Source: a virus
Lineage: Duplodnaviria; Caudoviricetes
Direction: 5' to 3' (one strand)
Length of the DNA: 57,900 nt
Virus record (IMG/VR): IMGVR_UViG_3300037524_000679
Location: 1 to 57,900 of that record
In this document: piece after piece, positions 44,645 through 54,301 of the stretch
How the letters are laid out: each line of letters starts with the position of its first letter
Numbering within the stretch: the stretch's first letter is position 1
The notes under the pieces: model-generated
Told to the model about the DNA's origin: nothing
Database searches by the model: none
The model's input: only the letters and a program-made list of their open reading frames with translations
Position numbers and translations under genes: made by a program

Positions 44645-47600
44645 TTAATACCTCGTTAACATATTTCTTCTAGTACGATCTACTTGATAAGCTATTTGCA
44701 TAGCACTTCTTCTAAGCCCTTTTTCTGTGCCTTCTACACCATTTATAACTATATTTATGGGCCTTTTATCATTTTGACTATCTTCTTTTTCTTCTTTTGT
44801 AAGGGTAACAGGTATAGATCTATTGTCTGGTAGTGGAACTATGGCCTCTCTATTCCTACCTTCTCCTATCATAGCCAATTCTGGACCTGTAGTAATAGCT
44901 CCGTCTGCATATCCTCTTACTAACCCAGAAACTATTCCTCCTTTTTCAAAACCCATGCCGCCACCCATGCCGCCACCCATGCCGCCACCCATGCCGCCAC
45001 CCATGCCGCCACCTTGGCCGCAAGCACATTGTGCTATTTGCATTAAATACTGAGTATGTAATCCAGCATGTAATCCTAGTAATTGTAGTTGACCAAGCAT
45101 CATAGTTAATAGCATTATATCTTGCATATGTGACATCATATATATTGCTATCCAAGTCTGAAACTGCTTATCCATCTTTTCCATATGCTCTATTTGAAAT
45201 GCTATATCATTGATTTTTATCTCTATAATATTATCTTTAATTTCTGTTAGTAACTTTTCTGATAAATCTTTTAGCTCTTCGGTTTCATCTTTAACATCTT
45301 CGATAGCATCTTCAGATCCGCCACCAGAAGACCCTAAAGCAGCATCAGTAGATGATGATCCTGCATTTTGTTTAGCTTGTTGTCCAGCTGGGCTACCACC
45401 ACCAAGTCCCCCCATCAACATAGGTAGCATACTCATAAACATATTAGATATACCTAGTCCACCACCTAATCCACCAATACCACCAAATTGCATTTGTGGT
45501 GTTTGTGCGGCTTGAGAATATCCCATACCAGTACCCATTTGCATTTGTGGTGCTGCCATATTACTAAGACCTTGCCCAATGGACGATATACCTTGTGTTA
45601 ATGCGCTAGATGGACCTAATAAACTACCCATTCCCAGGAAATTAAGCATAGAACCTTGTGGCATAGCTAAAGGAGTTGACCCACTAAATATATCACTACT
45701 ACCTATTGCTTGGGTTGGCATAGTTGGAGTAGTTCCAAACATACTCATAAAAGAATTGGCTAACCCACCTAATCCAAATGATGGTGAATCCCCAAATGCA
45801 GAGGTGTATCCTGGTGCTCCACCAAAAATATCTGGCTTAGAAGAAAATAATGATTCTAGTTGGCCACCTAGTCCTGTATCTGCACCAAATAAATCTGGTC
45901 TTTGATCAAATAAACCTTCTAATCCCATAGAGACATTAGAATACTGTTGCTGAGTCATACCAAACATATTACTTAATTGGTTTCCTAATCCACCAAAGCC
46001 TTGTTGTGCATTACCAGTACCAGTTTTACTATTTATTTGCTGTAAAACAATTAACATCTCTCTAAATGTTTGGCTATCCTGATCCATTCTAGTTACAATT
46101 TGGGTATGTTGAGTTTTGTCCTCTTGACCCATTTTTAATAATTCTTCTTTTAAAGCTTCCTTAGGATCTTCAACACCCAATGCTTTTCCTACTGTAGCAT
46201 ATATCAAACTTTTAATATCTTCTTTTAGCCATTCTTTAGCTAACTCAAACATAGTTTGTTTTATTGCATCTTTTGCAGCAGTAAGGGCATCTTCTCCATT
46301 GGCTATTGCTTCAACAAAAGCATCAACACCACTATCTATTGCTCCCTCAAAAGCATCTAGTAAACGATCTACAGGAGTTGTAATTTCACCTAAGAATTTA
46401 TCCCAGCGAAGTAGAAACTCTACTTTAGCTGTTTGCATAAATTCTTCAGTGCCCTGAATACCAGATCCTTCTTTAAAGGTTGGTATCATAGCGCGCTTTC
46501 TTAATTCATGTTGTTTTAAAGCTATGTCATATAACTTTTGCTCATATTCTAAACGCATAGTTATATATTCAATATCAAGATTATTCATTTCTTGACGCTT
46601 ATTAGCAACTTCTAAACGTGCTTCTTCGGCAGCTTTAATTTCTCCATCTTTTTCTAATCCGGCAGCTTTTACTTCAAGTGCATGAGCTTCAGCTTCCATT
46701 ACAGCTCTTTTCATTGGTACTAATGCAGCTTGCATACTTAGCTCTCTTCCAAGTATAGCTATTCTCTTACTTCCAAGTGCAACTGCCTCTCTTGCGCCAG
46801 TTAGCTCCCACTCCATTCTAGATTCTACCGCGTCACCAAGTTCTTTCTCTAAAGCTAAAAACATTGAAGCACGTTCTAATTTCTTCTTAGCAATGCTTGC
46901 TTCAAGATTAGCCATTTTCTCTGCTTGCTTTTGAGCTTTATCTGCTGCTGATTCGCCTGCTCTTCCGGCTGCTGAATCTACTTTTCCTAAAGCACCACCT
47001 CTTTGTTTTCCTAATTCCGCTTTAGCATCTTTCGCTGCTTGTATCTCTCCTCTAAGCTTAGCTAATCCGCCCTCTAATTCACCTGTTGCTTTAACTCTGT
47101 TAGATTCGGCTACTGCTGCATTATATTCCCACTTTGCTGCATTTATCTCATTTAAAACAAATAATAAATCATTAGCAGCAATAGCTTCTAAATATGTAGC
47201 ATCTATAGATGCTTGCTGAGCTATTAAAGCACTTTCTCTTTGCTCTAATTGTTGTATTTGTAAATCCAATAGTTTTTCTTCAGCATCATATTGAATATTT
47301 AAAGCTTTTTTCTTTTCTTCAAAATTCTTAGAATCTACTAAGCCAACATTTCTTTTAGCTGTTGCTAAAGCTTGCTCTGCAATTATTATCTCACTACTTA
47401 ACTTAGCTTGTGTTTTAATATTTTCTAGTGCTTCATTAGCTATTCTACTTAATATTTCCTGTGCTTTTGCTTGAGTGTTAAAGGACTCTTCCGTTATATT
47501 TAGTATTCCTAATAATTCTGGAGCTTTTTGCAATAATTCCTTATATGGATTTATATCTGGAACATCTCTTACTTCACTTAAAGATAATTTTATTTTATTT

Positions 47601-50359
47601 ACTGTTTCTAATACTTGTTGATTATACTTATCAAAACCTTCTGTGGTACCTTTTATTAAGCTGTCTTGTGCCTTTAATAATTCAGTTACTCCTGATTTTG
47701 CTGCGGCTAAATAGCTAGTATATGCTGCTTCACTACTTTTTAGGGCTCTAGTTACATCTTCTACAGATACACCCAATGTTTTAGCATATACAGCTACCTT
47801 ATTTGTATATTCTTGTGACATATAAGTTACTGACATCAACTCTTGTCTAAATTCAGCAAATCCTTTCATTTGTAAAGCTTTAGTTATTTCAGGCAGTTTA
47901 CTTTGTATTCTATTAATTTCTGCTTCTATACCATCAAATCCCATATCTTTATATATTGGGCTTAATTGCATTAAACTTCGTAATCTATTTCTAAATCCAT
48001 TCGAAAATTCTATAGCGCCTTTTTCACCTATTTTTGCTATATCATATTTTGTTGGGTCAAATGCTTCTTTTATTAAATCACTCATAGCAGATGAAGCCCC
48101 AGCCCCCGAAATTAATTTTTCTGGTGTAATGAGACCATACATTCTTTTAGCTTCTATTTCTATTTTACCACCAGCTTCTACTATTGCTGATTCAAATTCT
48201 AATATATGCTTTCTAACTGCTTGTACACCTTCTGTTGCTTCGTCCGTTATAGTAGCCCAAAATCTAGATAAAAATCCCTCCTTGCCAGCTTTAGCCATTT
48301 CTTGCAAAACTTTTACAAATTCTTTGGCGTGTAAAGATAGTGTATCAAATATTGCAGCTCTTCTACCAAGAAGTTCTAGTTGAGTATCTACATTATAAGT
48401 TTCAGCTCTAGCTTTTTGTAAATCTTGTTGATATTGAAATATAGATGCTCTAGTTGTTTTGAATTCTTCTGTTAATTTATTTACCTTATCTATAGATTCA
48501 GTCATTTTAGAATTAGTTATGCCTAACCATTCACTTAAAACTTTTAATCCTTCCCAAGCTAAAGTTACTACCATTATAAAGTTAAATATTCCACCTACAA
48601 TATTTCCTAATAACGCTATACCACCAGCAATCTTTCCAAAAACTTTTCCTATTCCAACACCAAAAGATAAAAAGTTAGTATTTGATTTATCTATGACTAT
48701 ACCAAGTTCTGCTAATTTATTTCTTATTACTTCTACAGATTGCGCATGTGATAAATTATTTAAACTACCTTCTGCCATTGCTTGCATTGATGTAGTAACT
48801 GCAACTCTTAAAGTCTGGTATCCTAGAGCAGCATTATTTGTAGCTGTTCTAAGAGCCATCATCATATTTGTTGTAGAAATACCAGAAGCATTAAGAGCTA
48901 ATTGAGCATTTTTAAATGCTGTAGCATGAGTAACACCTTTTTGTAATTCTTTATTGTAAACATCTATTATTTGTTGTAACTGTTGATATTGCTGTACTGT
49001 AACATCTGCTCCGCCTAGGGTTCCTAGTACTTGTTTATTATTCAGTGCCACACCTTTAGTAGCTTCTTTTAATACATTATAAGACTTTGCTAAAGTTAAA
49101 AATTCTTTTTGTAGTGGGGATTTTATGCTATCTACTGTTACTTTTGCAATATCTCCACCATGCTTCTTGGATTCTTTTGCTATCTGTGAATATAGTGATC
49201 TCCAAAACTCTCTTGCTATTTGTTCTGGATTCATTTTATTTTGTATAGCTTTTTCTATTCTTGGAAGTTTAGATTTTATATCTAATTCACCTAAAACTCC
49301 TTTAGCATTTGTAGATTTTAATTGTGTGGCTACTTCTAGCGCTTTTTGTTTCTTTAGTAAATTATCTATAGCCTCTGCTTGAGCTTTATACGATGCTATT
49401 GCTGAAGCGGCAGATTTTCTAGAAGATTCAATCATTGCATTACCAAGTTTAAATATTTCTGGTATTGCTCTCTGTGCTACAGCTTTTGCAAATGCTAAAA
49501 TTGCTAGTACCATTAAATTAGTATTTTCTGATAAAGCTCCAAAAAAGCTGCCCAACGGTATAGATACAAATTGTAATATTTTTTTCGTTAATTCATCAAA
49601 TGTAGCAGCCATTTTATCATATGGATTTACATCTAATTTTAGTTCTCCATATTTTTTTGTACCTTGCTCAATAGCTTGATTAATTATAGCTTGTTGTCTT
49701 TCAAAAGTACTTAAATCTTTAACTGTTTTTCCAAGTGTAGCAGCATACTTCTTAGTAGCTTCTTCAACTCTAAGAATAATACCAAATTCGTCGGCTAGCT
49801 CTGGTTCACCTTTAATTACAGCTTGTGTTAATCTTGTAACAGCTTCTGGCACAGATCTTCCTAATGCTTTAGCTGCTTTAGTTGCAACATCGGTTATTTG
49901 TTGTAATTGTGTTGATGTTGCACCACCACGCAAACCTAATGTAGCAGTTTGCATAGCTTCTTTCATACTAATAGCACCGCCTGTAACTTCTTTTAATGAT
50001 TTAGCTACAAGATTGAAATTAGTACCAGAAGCTACGCTAAGTTGTCTAGAAGCTTGCTCCATTATCTTTAGATCAGCATTTGATTTTAAAACGTTAAATG
50101 CTGAACTTAATGCAAATACATTAGCGGCTACGGTAGCATAAACGTGCACAAGTCCACCTAATCCTTGCGCTTGTTTAGCGAAGGCTTTAGTGGTATTGCT
50201 AGTTATATTAGCAGTTCCCTTCATATTTCTATCAAGTTCACCACTAGTTTTCTGAGTTCTTTTAATGCCAGAATCTAGCTTGTCAAACCCAGCTATAGCT
50301 TTATCTAATCCTAATGCCTTAACTAGGATTACTACCTCTCGTTCTGTTAGTTTTGCCAC
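44645..50359 (-). CDS. Tail tape measure protein
   Basis: 1904 aa, helical; T5-like N-terminus FAKQAQGLGGLVHVYATVAANVFAL; central TM segment. Confidence 0.88.
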   Translation of the reverse strand: MAKLTEREVVILVKALGLDKAIAGFDKLDSGIKRTQKTSGELDRNMKGTANITSNTTKAFAKQAQGLGGLVHVYATVAANVFALSSAFNVLKSNADLKIMEQASRQLSVASGTNFNLVAKSLKEVTGGAISMKEAMQTATLGLRGGATSTQLQQITDVATKAAKALGRSVPEAVTRLTQAVIKGEPELADEFGIILRVEEATKKYAATLGKTVKDLSTFERQQAIINQAIEQGTKKYGELKLDVNPYDKMAATFDELTKKILQFVSIPLGSFFGALSENTNLMVLAILAFAKAVAQRAIPEIFKLGNAMIESSRKSAASAIASYKAQAEAIDNLLKKQKALEVATQLKSTNAKGVLGELDIKSKLPRIEKAIQNKMNPEQIAREFWRSLYSQIAKESKKHGGDIAKVTVDSIKSPLQKEFLTLAKSYNVLKEATKGVALNNKQVLGTLGGADVTVQQYQQLQQIIDVYNKELQKGVTHATAFKNAQLALNASGISTTNMMMALRTATNNAALGYQTLRVAVTTSMQAMAEGSLNNLSHAQSVEVIRNKLAELGIVIDKSNTNFLSFGVGIGKVFGKIAGGIALLGNIVGGIFNFIMVVTLAWEGLKVLSEWLGITNSKMTESIDKVNKLTEEFKTTRASIFQYQQDLQKARAETYNVDTQLELLGRRAAIFDTLSLHAKEFVKVLQEMAKAGKEGFLSRFWATITDEATEGVQAVRKHILEFESAIVEAGGKIEIEAKRMYGLITPEKLISGAGASSAMSDLIKEAFDPTKYDIAKIGEKGAIEFSNGFRNRLRSLMQLSPIYKDMGFDGIEAEINRIQSKLPEITKALQMKGFAEFRQELMSVTYMSQEYTNKVAVYAKTLGVSVEDVTRALKSSEAAYTSYLAAAKSGVTELLKAQDSLIKGTTEGFDKYNQQVLETVNKIKLSLSEVRDVPDINPYKELLQKAPELLGILNITEESFNTQAKAQEILSRIANEALENIKTQAKLSSEIIIAEQALATAKRNVGLVDSKNFEEKKKALNIQYDAEEKLLDLQIQQLEQRESALIAQQASIDATYLEAIAANDLLFVLNEINAAKWEYNAAVAESNRVKATGELEGGLAKLRGEIQAAKDAKAELGKQRGGALGKVDSAAGRAGESAADKAQKQAEKMANLEASIAKKKLERASMFLALEKELGDAVESRMEWELTGAREAVALGSKRIAILGRELSMQAALVPMKRAVMEAEAHALEVKAAGLEKDGEIKAAEEARLEVANKRQEMNNLDIEYITMRLEYEQKLYDIALKQHELRKRAMIPTFKEGSGIQGTEEFMQTAKVEFLLRWDKFLGEITTPVDRLLDAFEGAIDSGVDAFVEAIANGEDALTAAKDAIKQTMFELAKEWLKEDIKSLIYATVGKALGVEDPKEALKEELLKMGQEDKTQHTQIVTRMDQDSQTFREMLIVLQQINSKTGTGNAQQGFGGLGNQLSNMFGMTQQQYSNVSMGLEGLFDQRPDLFGADTGLGGQLESLFSSKPDIFGGAPGYTSAFGDSPSFGLGGLANSFMSMFGTTPTMPTQAIGSSDIFSGSTPLAMPQGSMLNFLGMGSLLGPSSALTQGISSIGQGLSNMAAPQMQMGTGMGYSQAAQTPQMQFGGIGGLGGGLGISNMFMSMLPMLMGGLGGGSPAGQQAKQNAGSSSTDAALGSSGGGSEDAIEDVKDETEELKDLSEKLLTEIKDNIIEIKINDIAFQIEHMEKMDKQFQTWIAIYMMSHMQDIMLLTMMLGQLQLLGLHAGLHTQYLMQIAQCACGQGGGMGGGMGGGMGGGMGGGMGFEKGGIVSGLVRGYADGAITTGPELAMIGEGRNREAIVPLPDNRSIPVTLTKEEKEDSQNDKRPINIVINGVEGTEKGLRRSAMQIAYQVDRTRRNMLTRY
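44951..45013. repeat. 12-bp tandem repeat x5 encoding (GGGM)n in the tape measure protein
   Basis: ACCCATGCCGCC repeated 5 times perfectly. Confidence 0.95.
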
Positions 50360-50747
50360 TTGTCTTTGTCCTCGATTCTGCTTTAATTTTCTTATTTACA
50401 TAAGCAGTTTGTTCTGCTATGATTGTTTGTAATAGTTCGAAATATAGCAGCCAATCAGATTTTGGAACATCAAATATTTCAAATACTATAGATAAGTTTG
50501 ATAAGTCCTTACCCAGGTATCCACCCATGGAGCTCCAATCATCTTTTAAATACATGAATATTTCCATTGCATCTTGGGCTTGATGTGTGAGTTCATGAAA
50601 TGCTGGTGGAATTTCGTTAGGATCGGCTTCAGACCCTAACGATTCACACATTTCTAAATATTTGTCTTGAGTCATTCCTATATTGGAATTCTTCAAATAT
50701 TTGATTATTTTTTCCTTTTCTTTACTTAGCTGCTCTTGTTGAAATTT
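50319..50747 (-). CDS. Tail assembly chaperone, -1 frameshift extension (G-T type)
   Basis: Frame is open from the slippery heptamer through the 50319..50696 ORF. Confidence 0.7.
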   Translation of the reverse strand, partial: KFQQEQLSKEKEKIIKYLKNSNIGMTQDKYLEMCESLGSEADPNEIPPAFHELTHQAQDAMEIFMYLKDDWSSMGGYLGKDLSNLSIVFEIFDVPKSDWLLYFELLQTIIAEQTAYVNKKIKAESRTKTSGKTNRTRGSNPS

Positions 50748-51136
50748 GCTACATCACCTACTACAGAAGAAATCCAGCTATCAAAATTTGTAGAGTTTCT
50801 CATTAGAGTGATAGCATTATCAATAGTAAATTCTAGTTCTGCATCTTCAGATTCAACTACTTCTAAATCTACAGGTAATAATTCTGGTAAGTACTTATAT
50901 TTTAATCCTACCCAACCTTTAATAAGCTCTTCTACATACATTTCTAAAAATTTTGCATTGTCTATAGTTTCTTCTGGCTGATGAGTTTTTTTACTAAATT
51001 TTTGAGTAGTTGCTCTATCAGCTAGTTTTCTTAATTTTTCTCTTGGAATATATTGTAGTTCTACAATAAAGCCCTCTAACTCCGGATGTTCTACTTTAAT
51101 TGTTTTTGTGCTTGATATTAAATTTTTAAGATCCAT
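50726..51136 (-). CDS. Tail assembly chaperone (G type)
   Basis: Position before tape measure; IKGWVGL motif; SD AGGAG. Confidence 0.8.
   Translation of the reverse strand: MDLKNLISSTKTIKVEHPELEGFIVELQYIPREKLRKLADRATTQKFSKKTHQPEETIDNAKFLEMYVEELIKGWVGLKYKYLPELLPVDLEVVESEDAELEFTIDNAITLMRNSTNFDSWISSVVGDVANFNKSS
50741..50747 (-). promoter_or_regulatory. -1 programmed frameshift slippery site A AAT TTC
   Basis: X XXY YYZ heptamer in correct phase near the end of the chaperone gene. Confidence 0.7.
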
Positions 51137-51148
51137 TTATATTTCTCC

Positions 51149-54100
51149 TTATATAAATACAATAATTACTTCTTCTTCATATATGATTGCTTGCGTTTCT
51201 ATAGTTGGAATATTACCAACGGCTTCTAAATGTCCTGTTTGTACAGGACCAGTAATGTATATTATTGGCGCTTCTCTATCAAAATCATAAGAATTATTGT
51301 ATATACTTAACATATCTGAGCTTGTTAATCTACTATTATGTAGACTAAAGCTGCTTAGATATCCATTCCAATAATATGTACTACCATCTTTCATTCCTCT
51401 ACAAATTCCTAATGGCTGTAATGAAGATGGCCAGCTTGAATGACTACCATTATTAGTTACTACACTACCATTCTTATATGTACTAATTGTATTATTTGTG
51501 GTATCCCAAGTTATACCTATATGTGTCCATTCATTATCATTTACAGTAACTTGCCAATTGGAATTAGAGCCAGAAGCAAATGGCATTACCAACCAAGATG
51601 TATTATTTTCTCTATAAAACCTAAAATAATTTATATTATTTCCCTGGTTAAATGTGTAATTAAAGTGGAAACATATATCATAATTTTGTTGGCCTACTGG
51701 GTAAACCCATAAAGATATTGCTCCTTTGGATGGAAATCCTAAAGAATAACCATAAATTGCATGTTCTAATGATGCTCTTGAAAAATATATTGATTTCTTA
51801 TTTGCATGTGGACCATTTTGATATAGTGTTGGAGTATTATACAAAACAGCATCTCTTCCATATCCACTATAATCTAATAAATCTGAGCCACTTTGTTCAT
51901 TAAATTTATAATATAGTTCTAAACTTCTATCTTTGGTATATATATTTAAAGTGCCTTTACTTGGCTTTATTGACTTTCCTTCCTTTACCACCGGTATATT
52001 TGTATTTGATACATATAACGATCCATTTAATACTCTTATTAATCTAGCTGTATTTATTATTAATGGGTACTTTTCTGTAATTAGCAAAGTACCAGTATTT
52101 ATGCTATATTTTTTATTAATACTAACATTATATTTTCTTATTGTTATATTTTCTACTTGTGGTAATATTCTTTTACCTATAATTATAACACTAGAAGTAG
52201 AACTAATAGACACACTATTATTAGTAGGTACAATAATACTGCTTGTATGAATTTCAGGTAATGCATATTTTCTACAAAATAAATATGTGTGCTGTGGATT
52301 TATTTGTATAGTAGTAGTTCCTATTAGACTACCACTTCTTAAAGTTATAGATGTAGAAACAGGATTAAGAGATACACCAATAAATATAGTAGGTATTTTT
52401 CCCGAAATATTATAACTTTTAGATATTGGAGTATTTTCTATATTAAAACCTGGTCCACAACCAGATAAATAATAAAGGGATTTTATATGATTATCACTAA
52501 GAACATAATTAAATACAGATATTTCAGAAATATCCATATTATTATAATGTGTAATTGGTTGATACCAGTTAGGGGTATAATAATTTATATATATTGCTCT
52601 AGTACCTGCATAATTAGATATATCGGTACTTGTAATACTAGCAACAAGTACTCCATCTTTATACATCTTTCCAATACCATTTACTTTATCATATGTTACT
52701 GCTAAAAAATGCCATTTATTTAAATCTAAATTCCAAGGACCTATACTAACTATCCAATAATATGGTGGTATTCCAGAAAGAGTAAATATTCCACCCACAC
52801 CAGCAAAAAAATCACCATTAGCATCTCTATATAAGGGTACAGAGTGTTCATCCCAATAATCACCAGTTAATATAGCACTAATTCCGTCTTGTATATCTTC
52901 ATTTATTTTTACCCAAAAAGCCCAACTATTATTATTATCACATTTTATATTGTTTAAATCTTGATTAGCATATTGTTGATTACTACTGGCAGTAGTAAAT
53001 TTAAATGCTTTTGAAGTCTCATCATTACATAGTGGTCCAGATAGTCCATTTAAAGGACTATTAAATACAGTTATATGTTTGTCACTAATTTGATCCCTTA
53101 TTTCAGTATTGCCATTATCATTACATCTCCAATGTGATACAGCTCCATATAATTTTACGGCATCTTTATATTTACTGCTATATCCTTTATATGTTTGTAT
53201 ATAATCATTATATTCTGTATATGTAACATATAGTGGGTTAGTTATATATTTTATATCTAAATCATCATTAGCACCATATACTGATTCTGCACTTGTAAAT
53301 TCAATATTTACATTTAGTACATCTTCAAAATCTAAATTAGGAACATTAATATATGCGTGTGGTAATGTTATAAGAATACTATTATTCCTGTCCTCTGCAA
53401 TATATTCAATTTTATATTTTCTATTTACCTGTGTTAAATCTTCATTTATAGAATCTAAAAAGTCTCTAGAATGTTTAAACTTACCAGATAGGTATGATTT
53501 AAAAGACCCAGATACTGCTCTTCCCCCAACTATTAAATCTTTTACTGTTCCAACTACTACTTTAATATTCTTATCATACACCGGCATCAATGTATTTTGA
53601 ATTTTTATAACACTTTCAGTTATTGGAAAATTATATATTTTATTATCTTTAGAATCAGTAATATTTAATTTAGTAAATTTATTTCTTATATAATTATCTA
53701 CATTTGTATAATCTTTTATATTTGTAAAAATTATTTCGTCTGATTTATAAGCTTCTAATGATATAGCTTGTGCCGTCCATTTACCAATTAATATATAATT
53801 TATATCAAAAGATAATTCAACAGAATCTACATATACTTTATTTACTTTATATATAGCTGTAGTAGTTTTTATAAAAAAGTATAATGGTAAAAGTCTATTA
53901 ACTCTTCCAAAATTTACTTTATAATAATCTTTACCTCTATATCCTGGTATACCACCCAAAGAATCCCAAAATAGTTTCTCAGGTGCAGTATGCCCAATTA
54001 GTCCATCTAATAGTGCAGGCTTTAAATATGTTAAAAATCCCAATGAAACTGGCGATATTTGATCTACGCCTGCCCTTGGTAACATTTCTGGATCTTCACC

Positions 54101-54241
54101 TATTATCTTTCTATAAACTTGTAAAAGATTTGCCTGTATTTTTAACTCAAATTCTGGTAATACTGCTATCTTACAAACACCATCAGTGCTATCTACAGTA
54201 TTTACATATAATTCTATTTCTCTTTTTAAGCTATATGACAT
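51149..54241 (-). CDS. Tube-like minor tail protein fused to two LamG-like domains
   Basis: N-terminal ~335 aa parallel the major tail protein motifs; WHFLAVTYD and WTHIGITWD LamG-like motifs. Confidence 0.72.
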   Translation of the reverse strand: MSYSLKREIELYVNTVDSTDGVCKIAVLPEFELKIQANLLQVYRKIIGEDPEMLPRAGVDQISPVSLGFLTYLKPALLDGLIGHTAPEKLFWDSLGGIPGYRGKDYYKVNFGRVNRLLPLYFFIKTTTAIYKVNKVYVDSVELSFDINYILIGKWTAQAISLEAYKSDEIIFTNIKDYTNVDNYIRNKFTKLNITDSKDNKIYNFPITESVIKIQNTLMPVYDKNIKVVVGTVKDLIVGGRAVSGSFKSYLSGKFKHSRDFLDSINEDLTQVNRKYKIEYIAEDRNNSILITLPHAYINVPNLDFEDVLNVNIEFTSAESVYGANDDLDIKYITNPLYVTYTEYNDYIQTYKGYSSKYKDAVKLYGAVSHWRCNDNGNTEIRDQISDKHITVFNSPLNGLSGPLCNDETSKAFKFTTASSNQQYANQDLNNIKCDNNNSWAFWVKINEDIQDGISAILTGDYWDEHSVPLYRDANGDFFAGVGGIFTLSGIPPYYWIVSIGPWNLDLNKWHFLAVTYDKVNGIGKMYKDGVLVASITSTDISNYAGTRAIYINYYTPNWYQPITHYNNMDISEISVFNYVLSDNHIKSLYYLSGCGPGFNIENTPISKSYNISGKIPTIFIGVSLNPVSTSITLRSGSLIGTTTIQINPQHTYLFCRKYALPEIHTSSIIVPTNNSVSISSTSSVIIIGKRILPQVENITIRKYNVSINKKYSINTGTLLITEKYPLIINTARLIRVLNGSLYVSNTNIPVVKEGKSIKPSKGTLNIYTKDRSLELYYKFNEQSGSDLLDYSGYGRDAVLYNTPTLYQNGPHANKKSIYFSRASLEHAIYGYSLGFPSKGAISLWVYPVGQQNYDICFHFNYTFNQGNNINYFRFYRENNTSWLVMPFASGSNSNWQVTVNDNEWTHIGITWDTTNNTISTYKNGSVVTNNGSHSSWPSSLQPLGICRGMKDGSTYYWNGYLSSFSLHNSRLTSSDMLSIYNNSYDFDREAPIIYITGPVQTGHLEAVGNIPTIETQAIIYEEEVIIVFI

Positions 54242-54253
54242 TTTTAGATCCAG

Positions 54254-54291
54254 AAAAAAGGGAGTACCAAGAATATACTCGGTACTCCCTT
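54254..54291 (-). terminator. Intrinsic terminator after major tail gene
   Basis: AGGGAGTACC/GGTACTCCCT hairpin plus T-tract on the minus strand. Confidence 0.85.
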
Positions 54292-54301
54292 AGATTAGTT
54301 A

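Noticed and set aside
44823-45905. Pro-rich and RHGW-repeat ORFs
   Set aside because: Alternative-frame or antisense shadows of the Gly/Met-rich tape measure tract
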